A DNA stretch of 64,000 nt from Intoshia linei (GCA_001642005.1 LWCA01000014.1:1-64000); one strand, 5' to 3'. Shown: positions 12,707 to 27,185, counted from the first letter of the stretch. Program-made: numbers and translations. The notes: generated from the sequence alone by a model not told the origin.

Positions 12707-14186
12707 TTAATTGTCATAAATCATATTATCTAACCAATGAACAGATTTGAAAAAATTGGGAATAATGTCATCTAGTCTTGCAATAGTTTTGTAAATTGGT
12801 TTTTTCCAGCTGGGTTGACAATCTTTCATGTTCTTAATCGCTTCAAAAAATTCCCTCATACTCAATTGACTAATAGTAACAAAATTTTCTGGAAGCTAAT
12901 AATATGAAATTAATTAGTAATAAATTTTAATGACTTTTGAATATCAATTATGTAAATTGTAACTTACCTCAATTTGATTATTTCTATTATAGTGCATATT
13001 GAGATTTTTTATAAGCGTATGGTTTTTGGTGACAACTAATTGCATTTTATCTCGAATTCCCTCTTGAATAGCTTGTCTTGCATATTTTTCCATTTGTATA
13101 TAAAAAAATTCCCTAATAATAATATATACAGTTAATCTAAATTCATAATACAGAGTAATTGCTTATTAGCTATTTAACATTATTTGTAACTAAACCAAGA
13201 ATGTATTGTCAAATGTCCAATATAATTGCACTAATCTGAAAATTATCATCTTGAGATATATATATGTTGTCAATTTATGAAATTACATTACAAATATTAT
13301 ATTTTCAGTATAGATTATGCAAATTAACCAATGTCAATTCTCTGCCCTGTAGTCTAATTTATGCAAAATTAATTTCCATCTGATTACACCCATAATCCGA
13401 AATTATATGTCATGTTATTTGCAAGTGTGTAAAATATGTACCTAAAATTGCTGAACCACTTTACCAATTGCGCTGTATTGTTTTTGTTGAATCTTACGTC
13501 CGGAAAATATATTCTAAATTATATAAATAAAAAATTTACGCCCATTACTTTAATATAGCTGATGATGGGTATCTTGAATAGAAAAACATTAGTTTTGCCT
13601 TTCGCAAGTGTAATGGGGTTAAGGTCGATGTTTGAACTATATTGAATTTTAAATAAATATTTTGAATTTTACTGAAATCTGTGAGATAATTCGAATGGAT
13701 ATATTCTTCAAAACCGCAGAGTTGCGAGGTAGACATATTTAGAGCCGTAGAATTGTGAGATTTTGGAGAATAGATTCTGACATCGGTTACTTTTGTTCGT
13801 CGTTTTTTGCGGGAAGGTGATTGTAGAGAGCCGATTAAATTTGAGTAGTATGAAGTAGTCATAAGGTTCAAGTATTTTTTAAAAGTCGAATCAAAATCAA
13901 AATTTTGCTTTGAAATTTTTGTTTCATTCCCACAAGATATAATGTCATTCAATAGAAAAGATTTTCGTTTATTACAAAATTGTTTTTCAATTTTATTTTC
14001 TCTCAAAACATTGTTTTTTATACTTTTACTTGAAATTATGTTTTCAATGTTGTGAATATACTTTCTTGGCTCTTTTACCTCATCTTGGGTTTTTTTATAA
14101 TTTGAGTTTATTTCAATAAAAGATTCGCTGCTATATAATGACACACCTAATGCATCCTTGCTCAAATCACTTTCTCTTAAAGACAT
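12707..14186 (-). CDS. pros: Prospero/PROX homeo-prospero domain transcription factor
   Basis: [16 protein letters not shown] motif, then [63 protein letters not shown] and [14 protein letters not shown]. Stop at 12707-12709. Confidence 0.97.
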
Positions 14187-16046
14187 TTTTATATAATGTG
14201 ACAATTTGTAATTAATATGATAATTTATCTAACAACTCAATCGTATATTAAGATTGAAAGGCGTGACTTAAAGTAAATACGATTTATCTCATGAAATTGT
14301 AATAAATTTTAATGAAATTGCGACATGATTGCAAAATAATCGATAAAATTTACAAAAGAGTCCAATAAAATTGTTTTTAATGCACTAGAGATCAGAACAA
14401 GTTTATAAAAGAACAACCAAGCATAATAAATTAATAATTCTAGATTACATTAAAGTAAATTTTTATGCATTAATTTTGTTTTGTAATTTATAGGCGACCA
14501 GCATTTCATCGATTTTATATTTATTTAATTTTACTCAACCTAGAATTCTATAAAGATTTTTATTTTTTAAATTCAAAATATTTAATAGTTAATTATATAA
14601 ATTGTCATTGTTTCATTGTCATAATTGTCACGCATATAATCGCTTCAAAATCATAAACTCTATTAATTGGACTCAAATGATTTGCTTTATAGATAAGGCA
14701 GTTCATTCGAAAAATCAAATAAAATTTATAACGTCAATTAACAATTTTAACGTACTTTGTATTTAAATACAACTTTACGTTATAGAGGATAATTACTATC
14801 TAACGGAATTCCTTTATAACGGAATAAAATTTAATTATTTCGTTAACTAGAAATTAACTTGTATTATTATTTCTAAAATAACTGTTTCACAATTAAGAGT
14901 TAATTCTGATTTATAAGAGTTGAGGCAATTCTCTCCAATATGAACGTGAAGAGACATATTGGAGCAAGGTCAAATTAAATTTCAATTCATATTAAGACGA
15001 GTTTGCTGACAGAATAGACTGTACATTTATTTATAAATAAACTATATTCTGAGATCAGGACAGCACGAAAACCCATTATGTAATTCTGAATAACAATTAT
15101 TTTCATTTTTTATTTGTTGGTATTTTTATTGATATGTAACCTTTTTTTAATATTTGAGATAATTGTTCGATTTTGACACAGATTAGATTATACAAATATT
15201 TTCAAATCAGTGTTCCCGATTGGGGTCAAAAAATATATATCTGTAGTCCATGAGATTCAGAATATGAAAAAATGTTTATCGACTTTTCATTATTTTAATA
15301 AGAGAATTTTTAATATTTATTACAGAAATACCAGATGTTAGAAATTTATCGCAAAGCCTATACGACCGTTACATTATTATTTCAAAAACCCCACTTTTAT
15401 TCCACCATTAATAAAATTTACAGTTCCGTAATTGTTAATTTAAAAAAACCATTTCAAACACCCATGGAAAAATCCATTTAATTCAACCAAAATATAAAAA
15501 ATTCAATTTTCCAGTCTTTAAGGAAAAATCCCTTTTTTTCAATATTTTTTTGAAAAGCGATTTTACTAAATTTTAAAAAAAATTAAAAATGTTATTTTCT
15601 GTTCCTCTGGCTCAAATCGTAGAAATGGGAACCTTCTTATTCGTAGTGAATTAAAACTAAAATAGGCATAATGTACAATATATTTCAACACTTATATAAT
15701 TTAATAATTGATATAATTTAAAAAACATTGTGTCAAGTTAAAAAGTTTATTCCAACTGTGAAATGTATTAGCGATTGGTGTCAGTTCCATATAAAATAGT
15801 ATAAGGTACAATAATATAAATGCATTAATCTATAATCTTTATTTGAACCGGAAATTTTTCTATTATCAAAAATTGACAAGATATTTAATCAATAACACAT
15901 TAAAATTATTTAGTGTATTTAATACCTTCAGTATACAAAAAATATATTGTGTAATCTGAAATGTTAGCATAAAGCAACACTATAATTGATTATTTTTTTA
16001 TATATTATTATGTGAAAATAAACATCTAAAATGTAGATTCTACATA

Positions 16047-16676
16047 CACTCCGTCCACTAATTTTAAAGACAACATGATATTATGACATAGCTTTCTTAT
16101 TAATAAAAAAATATTTTTGAAAATTGACATGCAGTATAAGCACGTCACCACGTGGCAACCATCAAAAATTATTTTTAAAAAAACCAAAATAAAATAGTTA
16201 AAATCACAATAAATAACGTGTCCACAATTATAACAACACTAAGTTTTATTATTATTATTACTACATAAGGTACATAATGATTGCTTTCAATAGCAATAAC
16301 TAAAGTCAATTCGCTACCCTCAATATTTCGATTGCACGATTTGAACTGAGTTTGCCAGTTTAATAAACGTTGCATCAGCGATAGTCCGCCATTTAAAAAG
16401 AGATTTATGACACCTAGAATATGGAAACATTTAGAAAGTGCAAATGAATACTATTTCTGTATTCTGAAAAGCAGAAAACAAACAAATAAATTGAGCCTTT
16501 ACTTTTATCCGGCCACCAAAAGTTCAACTTTACCAATTCCAATGGAAGTATATAATTTAGTTTCATCATCCCAGCCATTATCATCTTATCAAACAGTTGT
16601 TTTAAAATATACTGAGGAATGTCTAAATCAACCAATTATTATTACAGAAAAAAAATTAAATTTATTAATTATATAA
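16047..16676 (+). mobile_element. Tc1-like element left end with degenerate transposase start
   Basis: TA|CACTCCGTCCACTAATT terminus and inner DR GTGTCCACAATTATAACAACACT (~16217). ATG ~360 bp in, with an HTH-like remnant ILFLYSEKQKTNK*I in another frame. Confidence 0.55.
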
Positions 16677-18127
16677 TTATATATTTTTTTTAAATATCAA
16701 TAGCTATAAATATCGAACTAAATCTTTTCCGTAAAATTCCGTAAATCTGGATTTAGACACTAGAATATATTGTTAAAAGGTTCACTATAGCTCATATCAG
16801 ATGTTTATCCTGTTAAAGCGCCTGTCGTCAGTTAAATTTTTGTACACCTGTAATTTATTTAATATTCGATTCTTTTTAATTTAAATGTGAATATGTAATT
16901 ATCCGCTATCAATTCCAAATATATTGAATAAAAAATTTAAATATCTCATTATATACTATAATTAAATTAAAAATTAAAAAACTAAAATTATATGAAATAG
17001 CTCAGTTGCTATGATGTTATGTTGTCAATTAATATCTTTTGATAGCGAACTGTAAAATTAAAAAGAGAAGTATCATGTTGATCAGGAAAATTTCAGCTTT
17101 TTATTTGTATGGGTCTCATGCAGATCCTCGAAAAAAGTTTTCATTTTGTTGTCTAGTGTTATATACGTAAAGATTATAAAATTATAGTTTTAAATAAAAA
17201 GTAATCATTGAATTAGTAATAATTTTTTGTGATTAAACTGTTGTATCAACCCATTCAATCTGACCGTTTGAATACATTTTTTTCAGAGGGCCTAGCATAA
17301 AAAAGTTTGGGAAACACTGAGCTAAAACGAATGCAAATTTGCATTCAAAATAAAAAACTTTATTATGTTTAAATTAAGTTTTCATTATTCTTTTTGAAAA
17401 TATTCATAATTTATTAATTATAAAGTGTGAGTTATAGTACAGACGAGCTGGTTCACCCAATACCCAGTTGGGGACTGTTCATCTAACGGCATGAACTTGC
17501 ATTTCATTGTTGCAATAAAGGACGTTTTAATCCGATTTTAAGTCCGATACTATAAATTTTTCGAAATAATTTTTAACAATTTAGTTGTATTTATTAAATT
17601 TACAGATTGTTAACTAATTAAGATATTGTATAAAGTAGTCAGAAAATTTGAAAAAATTTGTTTTTCTAAAGGCTTTAATTTTTTAGTTAAATTAGCAACT
17701 CCACAATTAATAATTAGTTAATTGCTGATTAAATAACAAAAGTGCAACATGATGACATTTTTCATTTAAATTTACAGACGACTGCAGTGGTTTATACTAA
17801 TTGCTAATATAAAGACAAATTAGAGTGGGATGGTCGTAATAATATAATAACAAAATAAAAATTTTACTGGAGGACAAAAAATTGATCGCGGTTAGAAGTC
17901 TGGAAATGCTGGTTATATACAAATATACCATAATAAGAATCCATTAAAATACTAAAAATTTAATTTGTGTTATAATCAAAATTGCTCGAAATATGAGCCA
18001 ACTAATCCCCATTTTAAATTACTGTCATTAGAAATATCATTTTCATTTAGCAACTTTGATACAAGTAGATGTCGATAATATTTATTTATAACAGTCAATA
18101 AAATTTAATAAATATATCTTTCAACAT

Positions 18128-20305
18128 TTAAATATTTATGAGCAATACTGTTGGATCTTCAATAACCGATTTTATTTTTTTTAAAAATAAAACTGCTTCA
18201 CGTCCGTCAATTAAACGGTGATCATACGTTAATGCTAAATACATCATAGGGCGAACTTCAACCTAAAATTTATATACATTATATTCAACAAATAGCAGGT
18301 GTGTAAAACAATTATGACATTAATGTTTCATTTTATATAATCAATATATTATTTGTACATGGTAATACTTTTCAATTATATTAAATATGGTTGTAGGAAT
18401 TAATTATTTCAATTAATATTAAATAAACATTAGGCTGTTCCATATATCATAAAAATTAAAATCAACATATAAAAATATGTGGTCATTTTGAACTTGATCG
18501 TAAATCTGTATGAACGGGAGTCGCGTTCCAACATATCAAATTTCACAGTATGGCGTGCCTAAAAAAATCTACTAAGGTACGCCTGGTCAATTAAAACGAA
18601 TCATAGTTTTTAAGATACTTATACCAAATTCAGTCTAAATAGGTAAAATTTACAAATAATAAGCAAAGATGAAATCAGACGATCTCAGAATAAGCCGTGA
18701 TATCTAGTTCGAGAAGCACTAATATATCATGTATGAATAAATAAAATATAACTCAAGATACACTACCAAAGAACAAAATATACCTTTTTATTGATAGCAA
18801 TAGGTCGATCCACTATAGAATGCATTCCAAGAATGGCAGATTGAGGCATATTAATAATAGGAGTGCCCATAAGTGAACCAAAAACGCCCCCATTACTTAT
18901 AGTAAATGTACCACCTAACATGTCACCCGTATCCAATCCATTTTTCTGAGCCTAAACATAAATGAACAAAAAAATTCAATTTTACCTTCTGAGAATAGTC
19001 CAACAATTCCTTTTCAATTTGTGCGAAGCTTTTAGACTCAACATTTCGAATTACTGGAACTACCAATCCCTAATTTGATTAATAATTAAAAGGGTATGAT
19101 TTACTTTTGGAGCTGCAATAGCAACACTAATATCAACATAATTTCTGTAGACTACATTATCTGATTGAATAAAAGCGTTAACAATAGGTTGATCTCTGAG
19201 TGCATGACAACTGGCAGCGGCAAAAATGGACATAAAGCCTAATTTGATTCCGTGTTTTTTAATAAAGTCTTCCTTGTATTTACTCCTCAACTCCATAATT
19301 TTAGTCATATCGACTTCATTAAACGTTGTCAACATTGCAGTAGCATTTTGAGCATCTTTTAATCGACTCGCAATCTTACGCCTCATTCTTGACATTTTAA
19401 TCTAAAAAAGAAGTAAACGAAAATGAAAATAAAATAAATATTTTTATAAATTACAACACTCTCTTCACGTCCAACTTTAGGTAATTGCTGTGCTGATTTT
19501 ACAATTTCATTTCCTTTTGATTTCTTTAAATCCATTTGCATGCCTTTGACATTATCTTGAGATAAAATTTTTAGATTCTCAGATTTGATTTGAATTTTAG
19601 GGGAAGGAGTTTGTTCTTGAGTATTTTCTTTTTTCACGACATCCTCTACTTGGGAACGTTCTGATATGGTAGGTGGGTTTATAGAAGAGTTATCTACTGA
19701 ATCGTCCATTTCAAATAAATCAGAACTAGCTGTAACCGTATCGGCTTCTTCAAAATGTTTTTTTGTAATTTTTCCTTTTATTGGAGCATGAACAGCAATT
19801 GCGGTCTAAAGAAATTAATTAAAAGGTAACTAAGTCATAACCTTATCTGTTGAAATGTTACAAACAATGTCATCCTCTTCTACAACATCTCCAATTTCTA
19901 AACCAAAATTCCAACTTCTACAACATTAAAATACCTTTCACCCATTCCACATCGCCTTCTGAAATGCTTTCAGGGAAATTTGGAGTTTTGACAATTTTTA
20001 TAACAGCTAAAATTTTTAAAAAAATTGATAAAAAATCTTACATAAAGCGGGATAAATTGAGAAATTTCGCCTAAATTTTAAATTTAATCATTTAATTATT
20101 ATTTTTATCAAAATTACATTTTAAATAGGTTTCCTGTTATCAAATGTAAAGGTTTGTATGTAGAGCAGGTCAAATGTGTCTAATTCTATAATCAAAAATA
20201 AAAAATTCATGTTACTCTTTTATGTCCAAAGTGTATGAAACGGTGCGGTTTTTGCATTAAACTAATTCTTTGGGTTAAAAACAGACGAAAACAATGCTTT
20301 AACAT
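18128..20305 (-). CDS. DLST: 2-oxoglutarate dehydrogenase E2, dihydrolipoamide succinyltransferase
   Basis: Lipoyl domain ([11 protein letters not shown]...STDK), [44 protein letters not shown] and catalytic [12 protein letters not shown]. Confidence 0.97.
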
Positions 20306-20463
20306 TCTCAACAAAATTGTAAATAATTTCAAATTATATTTATTAGTCGTTTCTATGAAAACATTTGTCCAAAATTGAAAATTTATATTTAAATTTTTAA
20401 AAGATTGTTTTCTGTTGAAATTTGTATTCTAACATATAAAAATATTTAATATGATGACTTAAA

Positions 20464-23400
20464 ATGTATGAACCCAAAAAACCTAAGCTTGATTCTAATA
20501 ATGATGAAGTTTGTCAACAATGTGGATCAAACAACATGATTGTGGATCATAAAATGGGAGTAGTATCTTGTGGTGAATGTGGTACATATTATTTCTTTTA
20601 AATGTTTTGATTTATTTTATTTTTATTATAGGAAGAGTTACAGAAGGTCAAATGGTTGTTAATGAAATACAATTTATGGAAAGCGGCGGAAAGCAAATTG
20701 CTCTCGGAGCTTTTGTACCGGAAAATGGTAGTTTTCTAACTTTTTTAACTGGGATTTTGGATTCATCCATTTTTAATGTTTTCATTTATTTTACACTTTG
20801 TGGTTAGTCTAAACAGGGGTCGCCAACCAGTGGCCCATAGAATAATTTTGGTGGCCCTTTGAGTAAATATGTAAATTGTTTAAAATATATTTTAATTTGT
20901 CAACTTTTAAACACTGTTTTAAACATTTTCTACTGTAATTAGCTCATTATAATCATTTTAATACTGAATTTTCAGATCGCCCTGGATTTTATTTTATTGA
21001 ATGTACTAGAACCTTTCTGTTCAGTTAAAATTGAAATTTATCATGTTTAAATTTTCAAAAACGGGACCAGTACAATTTGTGGATATAAAAAAGTGCTACG
21101 AGATACAAAAGGTTGCCGACCCCTAGTCTAATAACTGTTTTATGTAGTGCTTGTGGAAAATGTTTCTAATTTATGCAATTCTGTTTAGTTATGTTAAATT
21201 TTAATCATTTGTCAAGATTGCGTTACATCTGATGGGAAAATATCTACCGGAAGGGGTTACACAATATACACTGCAAAAAAGCAAATTGAACACATTGCAT
21301 CTCAATTATGTATAACTCAGGATTGTCAAAATATGGCTCTCAACTTTTATAAACTTTTGTTATCAAGAAGTTTAACCAGAAGACGTATCCGTGTCTGTGT
21401 TTTAGCTAGTTGTCTCTATATTAGCAGCAGATTAGACGGGTTGTCTTGTAAGTATTTCCTTTTTATTTAAAGCAGTCTTTTTCATTGTTCAAGATTTATA
21501 TTACCATAAAGGTTATGGTCATATACTTCAATGTGGTACTGTACCTCTATTGATATTGCCAGTTTCAATATCAATTTTTCATTTTTTTTCAAATATCGTC
21601 TATTTTTCCATGAGTATAAATTTAAAAAGCAAACAATTCATTAATTGATTAAAAATTACCAGAAATTAAGACATTTCATTATATATTTTTTAGTTATGTT
21701 ACTCGATTTCAGCGATGTAATTGGTGTTGATGTTTACAAATTAGGTAGAATTTATCTATTTCAAATAAAGAGTTTATCAATTAAATTACCTTCATTAGGT
21801 AATATTAATTAATTTGTAAACTATTTTATTTTTAGATCCTTGTTTATATGTTCATAGATTTGCGAGTCAGATGGAATTGGGAAATATGACACACACAGTT
21901 ATTAAAATGACAAACAGCATAGTGTCCAGAATGAAACGAGATTGGATGGCTGAAGGGAGAAGGCCATCGGGTATATGTGCAGCAGGTATTTATATCAGTT
22001 TCATAGTCAGTAAAATTATACATGTACGGATTTGATTGATTTTTTTTATATAATTCAGTGTTTCCCAAACCTTTTTATTACATTACCGATATTATAGTAC
22101 TTATTTTGATATTACCCACAATAAAAAAAAATTTTTTTTAAAAAATACTAAAACGGCACACATTAAATAATTATAATTACGTACTTATGTATTGTACGAA
22201 GTACTTGAAAATAAAATCATTTCTGAATTTTATAGAGCTCATTTTATTTAAGAAAAAAGGTAAATTGGGTTTTTGACCCTGAAGGACTCAACGTATCAAA
22301 ATGTAACTTGTAACACATTGTGTCTATTGAACACCATTTTTTTATATTAAAATTTTATAAATCAATATTCATTTAGTACATAACTACTTTATTATATCAC
22401 TTAGGAAAAATTATACGTTACTGTGCATGCGACGCAAAAAAAAATAAAAAAAAATTCGCAATTACCCATGAAAAATATCCACATAAATAATAATTAATTG
22501 GAAAATAATACTTGGGAATTACTGATATAAACCAACATATTATTGATTAAACCACATCAGTGGAATAAACTAGGAGTTCTCGATCTTTTTTAAAATCGAC
22601 CAATAGAACGAATAATTTTCTTAAAAAAATTGTAATACTTTTGTACAGGGTGTGCCATTTAGAACAGTGCACTTGTTAAAACATTTCATATAATGAGTGC
22701 ACTGACGAAATAAAGAACAAATCAACTGTATAAAAACAAGTTCATATTAATTTTTTTAAATGTTAATGACGAGTGAAAGAATATTTCTTGTCGAGCTATT
22801 AATCGAGTTTAAAACATGTCATACTTCATTAATATTCATGAATTGGTTAAATCAAAAATTCGACAAAAAAATAATATCAAAAAGTATATGGTCACCAAAG
22901 TCTCTTGATCTAACGCCATGTGATTTTTATTTGTGGGGGACAATAAAATCTAAAATTTATAAAAATTAAAAACCCTTCAAATATAGAATCCTTAAAAACC
23001 AATATGATTAACAGTATTAACTCAATTAGCATTCAAGAATTATCTAATGTTTACAATAATTTCCTTAAACGCATTGATTTATGTATTCAATCTGATGGTG
23101 GTCATTTTGAACATTTATTGTAAATTAAATAATTTTAAGTTTCTAACTTCTTCTTAAATACTTTAGATAAATATCCAAATAATTTAATTATTGAGCGAAT
23201 TTAATTGTTACAGTCAAAATGTTTTTGATAAACTTCTTATTTTCAAGTGCAGTTTTAAATGGTACACAGTGTGTACTACACACTGTATGTTATTTTAGAC
23301 CAGTCATTCTTAACCGGTACACCGCAAAGAGATCTGACGTTAGTTTGTAAATTTTTAAAAATTAGTGTCAAACTTTTACATTGACAATTCTTTGAATATT

Positions 23401-26383
23401 TTGGGATTTACTATTTAATATAATTTATATATTAAATATTATGGTGAACACCAAAAATATCAACATTTCATCATACATGAATTGTTTTTTACTAAATTTA
23501 AGTCACCAAATAAAAAGTATTTTTGTATTATTATAATTTTATATTTTTATCGTTTTTAATCTTTGCAAATTTTCATATTTTATTGTTTTTTTCTTTTCAA
23601 AATTTAGATTATGTATTTTGTGAAATAAAATAGAAAAATCGCCTCAAGGTGGCTATTCGCCCACAGTTGAGAACCCTGGTTTAAACAATAAATTTGACGT
23701 CTTCATTTGGTTTTTAAATATATATTTAAACTTAAGTTAGTGAACATAGTCAGATAAAAATTTTCAACATTATACCAAGGATTCTCAACCTGGGAGATAT
23801 CGCCCATTTTGGGCGATTTATTTTCAAATTCATATTATAATTTTCTTATAATTAACATTTAAATATTAAATTGTGTTGCTTCTGATATTTTAGACATAAT
23901 TTTGAGATTATAGTTTTGATTCGTTTCTGCGAAGTCACATTAAAATACTGTTAATATGAGAAAAATTAAGTGAACTTAACAAGCAAGAAATTTGTTAATA
24001 CAATATGTACTCTAATTTTAAAAATTCGTTTAAATATACTGTATTAGCTTGGCTGGTTTGTACTATGTACAAACAGCACCTAGCTCTGCCAAGGGCGGAC
24101 ACAATTTAATTTAATTGTAACATTAAAAATTAAATCTATTATGGTTCAAATCACTTTTACTAATCAATTAAAATAAGACTACCAAAAATATATTACCGTA
24201 CATCATATAATTTTTATTTATTTTTTTCCAGGTGATGACAATAATTACTTTGATAATCACTTTTAAGTTAGTATAAATTTAATTTTATAAATACGTTGCT
24301 GTAGTGTCATAATTAAATTAAAATTTACAAATTGCGTAGCAATGAAAAAAATTCCGAAGGAATGATTTATATAGATTTTCACCCATATGTCTCAATTGGA
24401 AATGTGTAAACGTACAATCCACATTTTTTTTGAAATTGTAGGATTAATATTTACATTTTTGATTTTAATCGAAATATTTGAAAAATATTGGTTAATTATT
24501 TTACATTTTTTGTTTTAATAAAATATTTCGGAATAATAATAATAATATAGGAATACTAAAATGCTTTTTTGACCGTCAAGTCGTTACTTATTCGGATTGA
24601 AATTTTTTATGTATGTTAACATGATATTACTCTACCACCTGTAAATTTTTTGAAATTCTAGGGTTGTTTTCATTAAAAAAAGAAGGGTAATTTGGGGTTT
24701 TTGTCCTGAAGATATAATTTTTTTAAATTTATGATAATGTTTATGATTTTAAAATCCGCATCAGCGTATATATTTTTTTAAATTCTCCAACTCGTTTGAT
24801 AATTAAATTAAATTTTGGGTAATTTTTATTATCCATCAAAATGTAAAATAATGTAAAAATAAGTATAATAACCACTAGTATAAAGAATAAAACGAGTAGT
24901 GTTTCAATACAGTCTAACCCGCTTATACTGATCACTAAGCGAATTTTATAAAACTGGACAACTTTACTAATTTACTTTACTACTTTTTATTATTTATTAT
25001 TTATGGAAACCCAAGAGTTTTAACTGATTTAGTAATCAATTCGTAACCAATTTACCATTTTGTGTTAGTTTTTTTGATTAATTTTTCTTTTTTCTGTCAT
25101 AAAATTCGACAATCCACTGATTTTTTTCGAATAAGTAGTAAACCAAATATTTCATGCCTAGTTACTAAATTAACGGAACTTTAAGTTTTTTTAGTTACCG
25201 GTTAGTAAATTCTACTATAAGTGGATTACTGTATCGGACAGGATAACAATTATTAATATTATATATTTTAGCTCTATTGGTAGCGGCCAGAATGTACAAT
25301 TTCAACAGAACTATAAAACAAGTTGTTAAAATTGCTCGTATCGGAGCTTCAACTTTAAAGCACAGGTATTTTTTAGTTTTATTTTTAATATAACTTGTAT
25401 AGTCTGACTTAATTGTAATTATCACCTAGTGCTTTTATTTAAAATAAAAACACAATAGATCTAGCTTAGTTGTTTTGTGCTTCGTACAAACAGTACCTAG
25501 CTCTGCATAGGGCGTACTTTTTCAATTATATCAAAAAAATTTAATCTTCATAAAAATTATACTATTCACTATTACCAATCCTTTAAAGGAGTGGCTTCTA
25601 AAGATGTGACGACAATTTTTTATTTTTATACAAATTTTGTATTAGAGTATATAAAAATTCTGGCAATTGATTACATCTATATTTAGATTAGAAGAATTAG
25701 GCAATACAGCATCAGCAAAATTGACAATAGATGAATTCCAATCTACTGATTTAGAAGCTGAATTATATCCACCATGTGCTAATAAAGGACCAAGTTCTAT
25801 TAAAGAGAAGGATTTCGATAAAATTGAAGAAGAAATAAATTCTTTGCAAAGTAAAATAGACAGTCGCCTTTTTCGATTAACTAAAAAGTCAATAGAGGCT
25901 GATTTGGAAGGTTTAAATGTTATCAATAATATTGATAATATTTCAAAACATGTGGAACCTGAAGCAAAAACGAACGAGTCGTCAACGTTAGGAAATGCTA
26001 CAGAAATGTGTTTGAAACTTTTTGAAGATGATAAAATTACCCAAATACCTAACCTAAAACCTAATAAATCTGAATCAGACGATTCAATCGATTTAGAAAA
26101 TATTAGTGACGGCGAAATTGACTCTTTTATATGTAATCAAAAAGAAATTAAAGAAAATACTACCAATTGGGATGTCAATTATAGAGATTTTGAAATTCAA
26201 GAAAAGAAAAAACTTGAAATGAAAAATTCTGGTTCAGATAATAAACGAAAGGACCGTAAAAAAATTAAATCAAAGTTGAGTGATCAACGGTTTTCTGTAG
26301 ATCAAATAATTGAAAGTTTTATTAATAATCCAAAAATGGAGCCTAGTGATTTTGATGGGCTCAAAGATTTAGATAAAATGTAG
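20464..26383 (+). CDS. BRF1: TFIIIB subunit Brf1
   Basis: Zn ribbon CQQCG...CGECG, cyclin repeats (DPCLYVHRFA, MKRDWMAEGRRPSGICAA), LEAELYPP and TBP-binding block IDLENISDGEIDSFI. One intron is ~3.3 kb (~21986-25270). Confidence 0.93.
20814..21125. mobile_element. hAT (Buster-like) MITE in BRF1 intron
   Basis: TIRs CAGGGGTCGCCAACC / GGTTGCCGACCCCT; flanks gtctaaa/gtctaat; sister copy at 2485-2779. Confidence 0.8.
22056..22524. mobile_element. hAT (Buster-like) MITE
   Basis: TIRs CAGTGTTTCCCAA / TTGGGAATTACTG; TSD atataatt/atataaac. Confidence 0.7.
22646..23271 (+). mobile_element. Internally deleted Tc1/mariner-superfamily transposon
   Basis: TA|CAGGGTGTGCCATTT / AAATGGTACACAGTG TIRs. Transposase C-terminus WSPKSLDLTPCDFYLWG and, after a frameshift, RIDLCIQSDGGHFEHLL* ending at 23123. 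Confidence 0.9.
23301..23678. mobile_element. hAT (Buster-like) MITE
   Basis: CAGTCATTCTTAACC / GTTGAGAACCCTG; TSD ttttagac/gtttaaac. Confidence 0.6.
24044..24790 (-). mobile_element. Non-autonomous Helitron-like element (family A body plus hairpin-CTRR end)
   Basis: Minus strand ends GAGCTAGGTGCTGTTTGTACATAGTACAAACCAGCCAAGCTAA|T, with the family A body upstream in the same orientation. Confidence 0.6.
25461..25610 (-). mobile_element. Helitron-like 3' end; sister copy at ~28432-28570
   Basis: Same hairpin-CTAG terminus, and ~100 bp of upstream sequence shared with the copy at 28432. Confidence 0.6.
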
Positions 26384-26453
26384 ATATTTGTATATACCTT
26401 TCAAATTAAAATTTATCTTTTTAAATAAGAGTAGTATCTTTTTGTATCATTAA

Positions 26454-27185
26454 TTATCTTTCAAATAATACGTTTGCCTCATTGCTTTCCTTTAAGTATT
26501 TCAAACATATAAATATTGTAAGAACATCTTTCATGTATTCTTTAGGTAAAATGTGACATAAAAAATTGAATAATTCCTCTGAGGGAATATTTATTAACTC
26601 ATAAAGCTCATTTACCCTTAAAACAGGATAGTTATTAATCATATTGATTGTAAATTGACCATGTTTACGATATTTATACCCGAGGTGTTTTAATTTAACG
26701 ATTAAATCTTTACATTGCTTCAAATACTGGGGCATTTTATCAATTTTCATTGTATGTCGGTTTAAATGTTGCATTAAAGTTTGACTTTTGAATTGATTTT
26801 GTTCGTTCAGTGTATTACAACATTTTTGGCAAAACAAAACGTCATCATTAAATATGAATTTTGAACACTCGTGTTCAAATTGTGACGATATTTCTGCACA
26901 TAAATTATATCGAAATTTTCTTAAATTTATATAATATTTTTCTAAAAAATATTATATTTACAATGAATGGTTAAAAAAATTACTTTTATGTGTACTCTTC
27001 GAAAAAGAGTATTCATTCATAGTGTCTATTATATTTTTCATGAATTTATTTTCTAAATGAAATGCATCATTTTCAAAGGTAGTGACAAATTCAGTTGAAT
27101 TTAGATCTTTGATGTCCATATCACATGAAACCTCACCCTCCCGTAAATTTTCCTGTTCAGTTTGACTGCTTTTATTTTTTAACAT
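26454..27185 (-). CDS. Speriolin-like protein (SPATC1/SPATC1L C-terminal domain), 2 exons
   Basis: Spliced product contains LCAEISSQFE, LKHLGYKYRKHGQFTINMINNYPVLR and MKDVLTIFICLKYL, colinear with the speriolin C-domain (GEIAFQLD / LGY...H...VN.YGILR / D.LLLL.CL..L). Confidence 0.7.
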
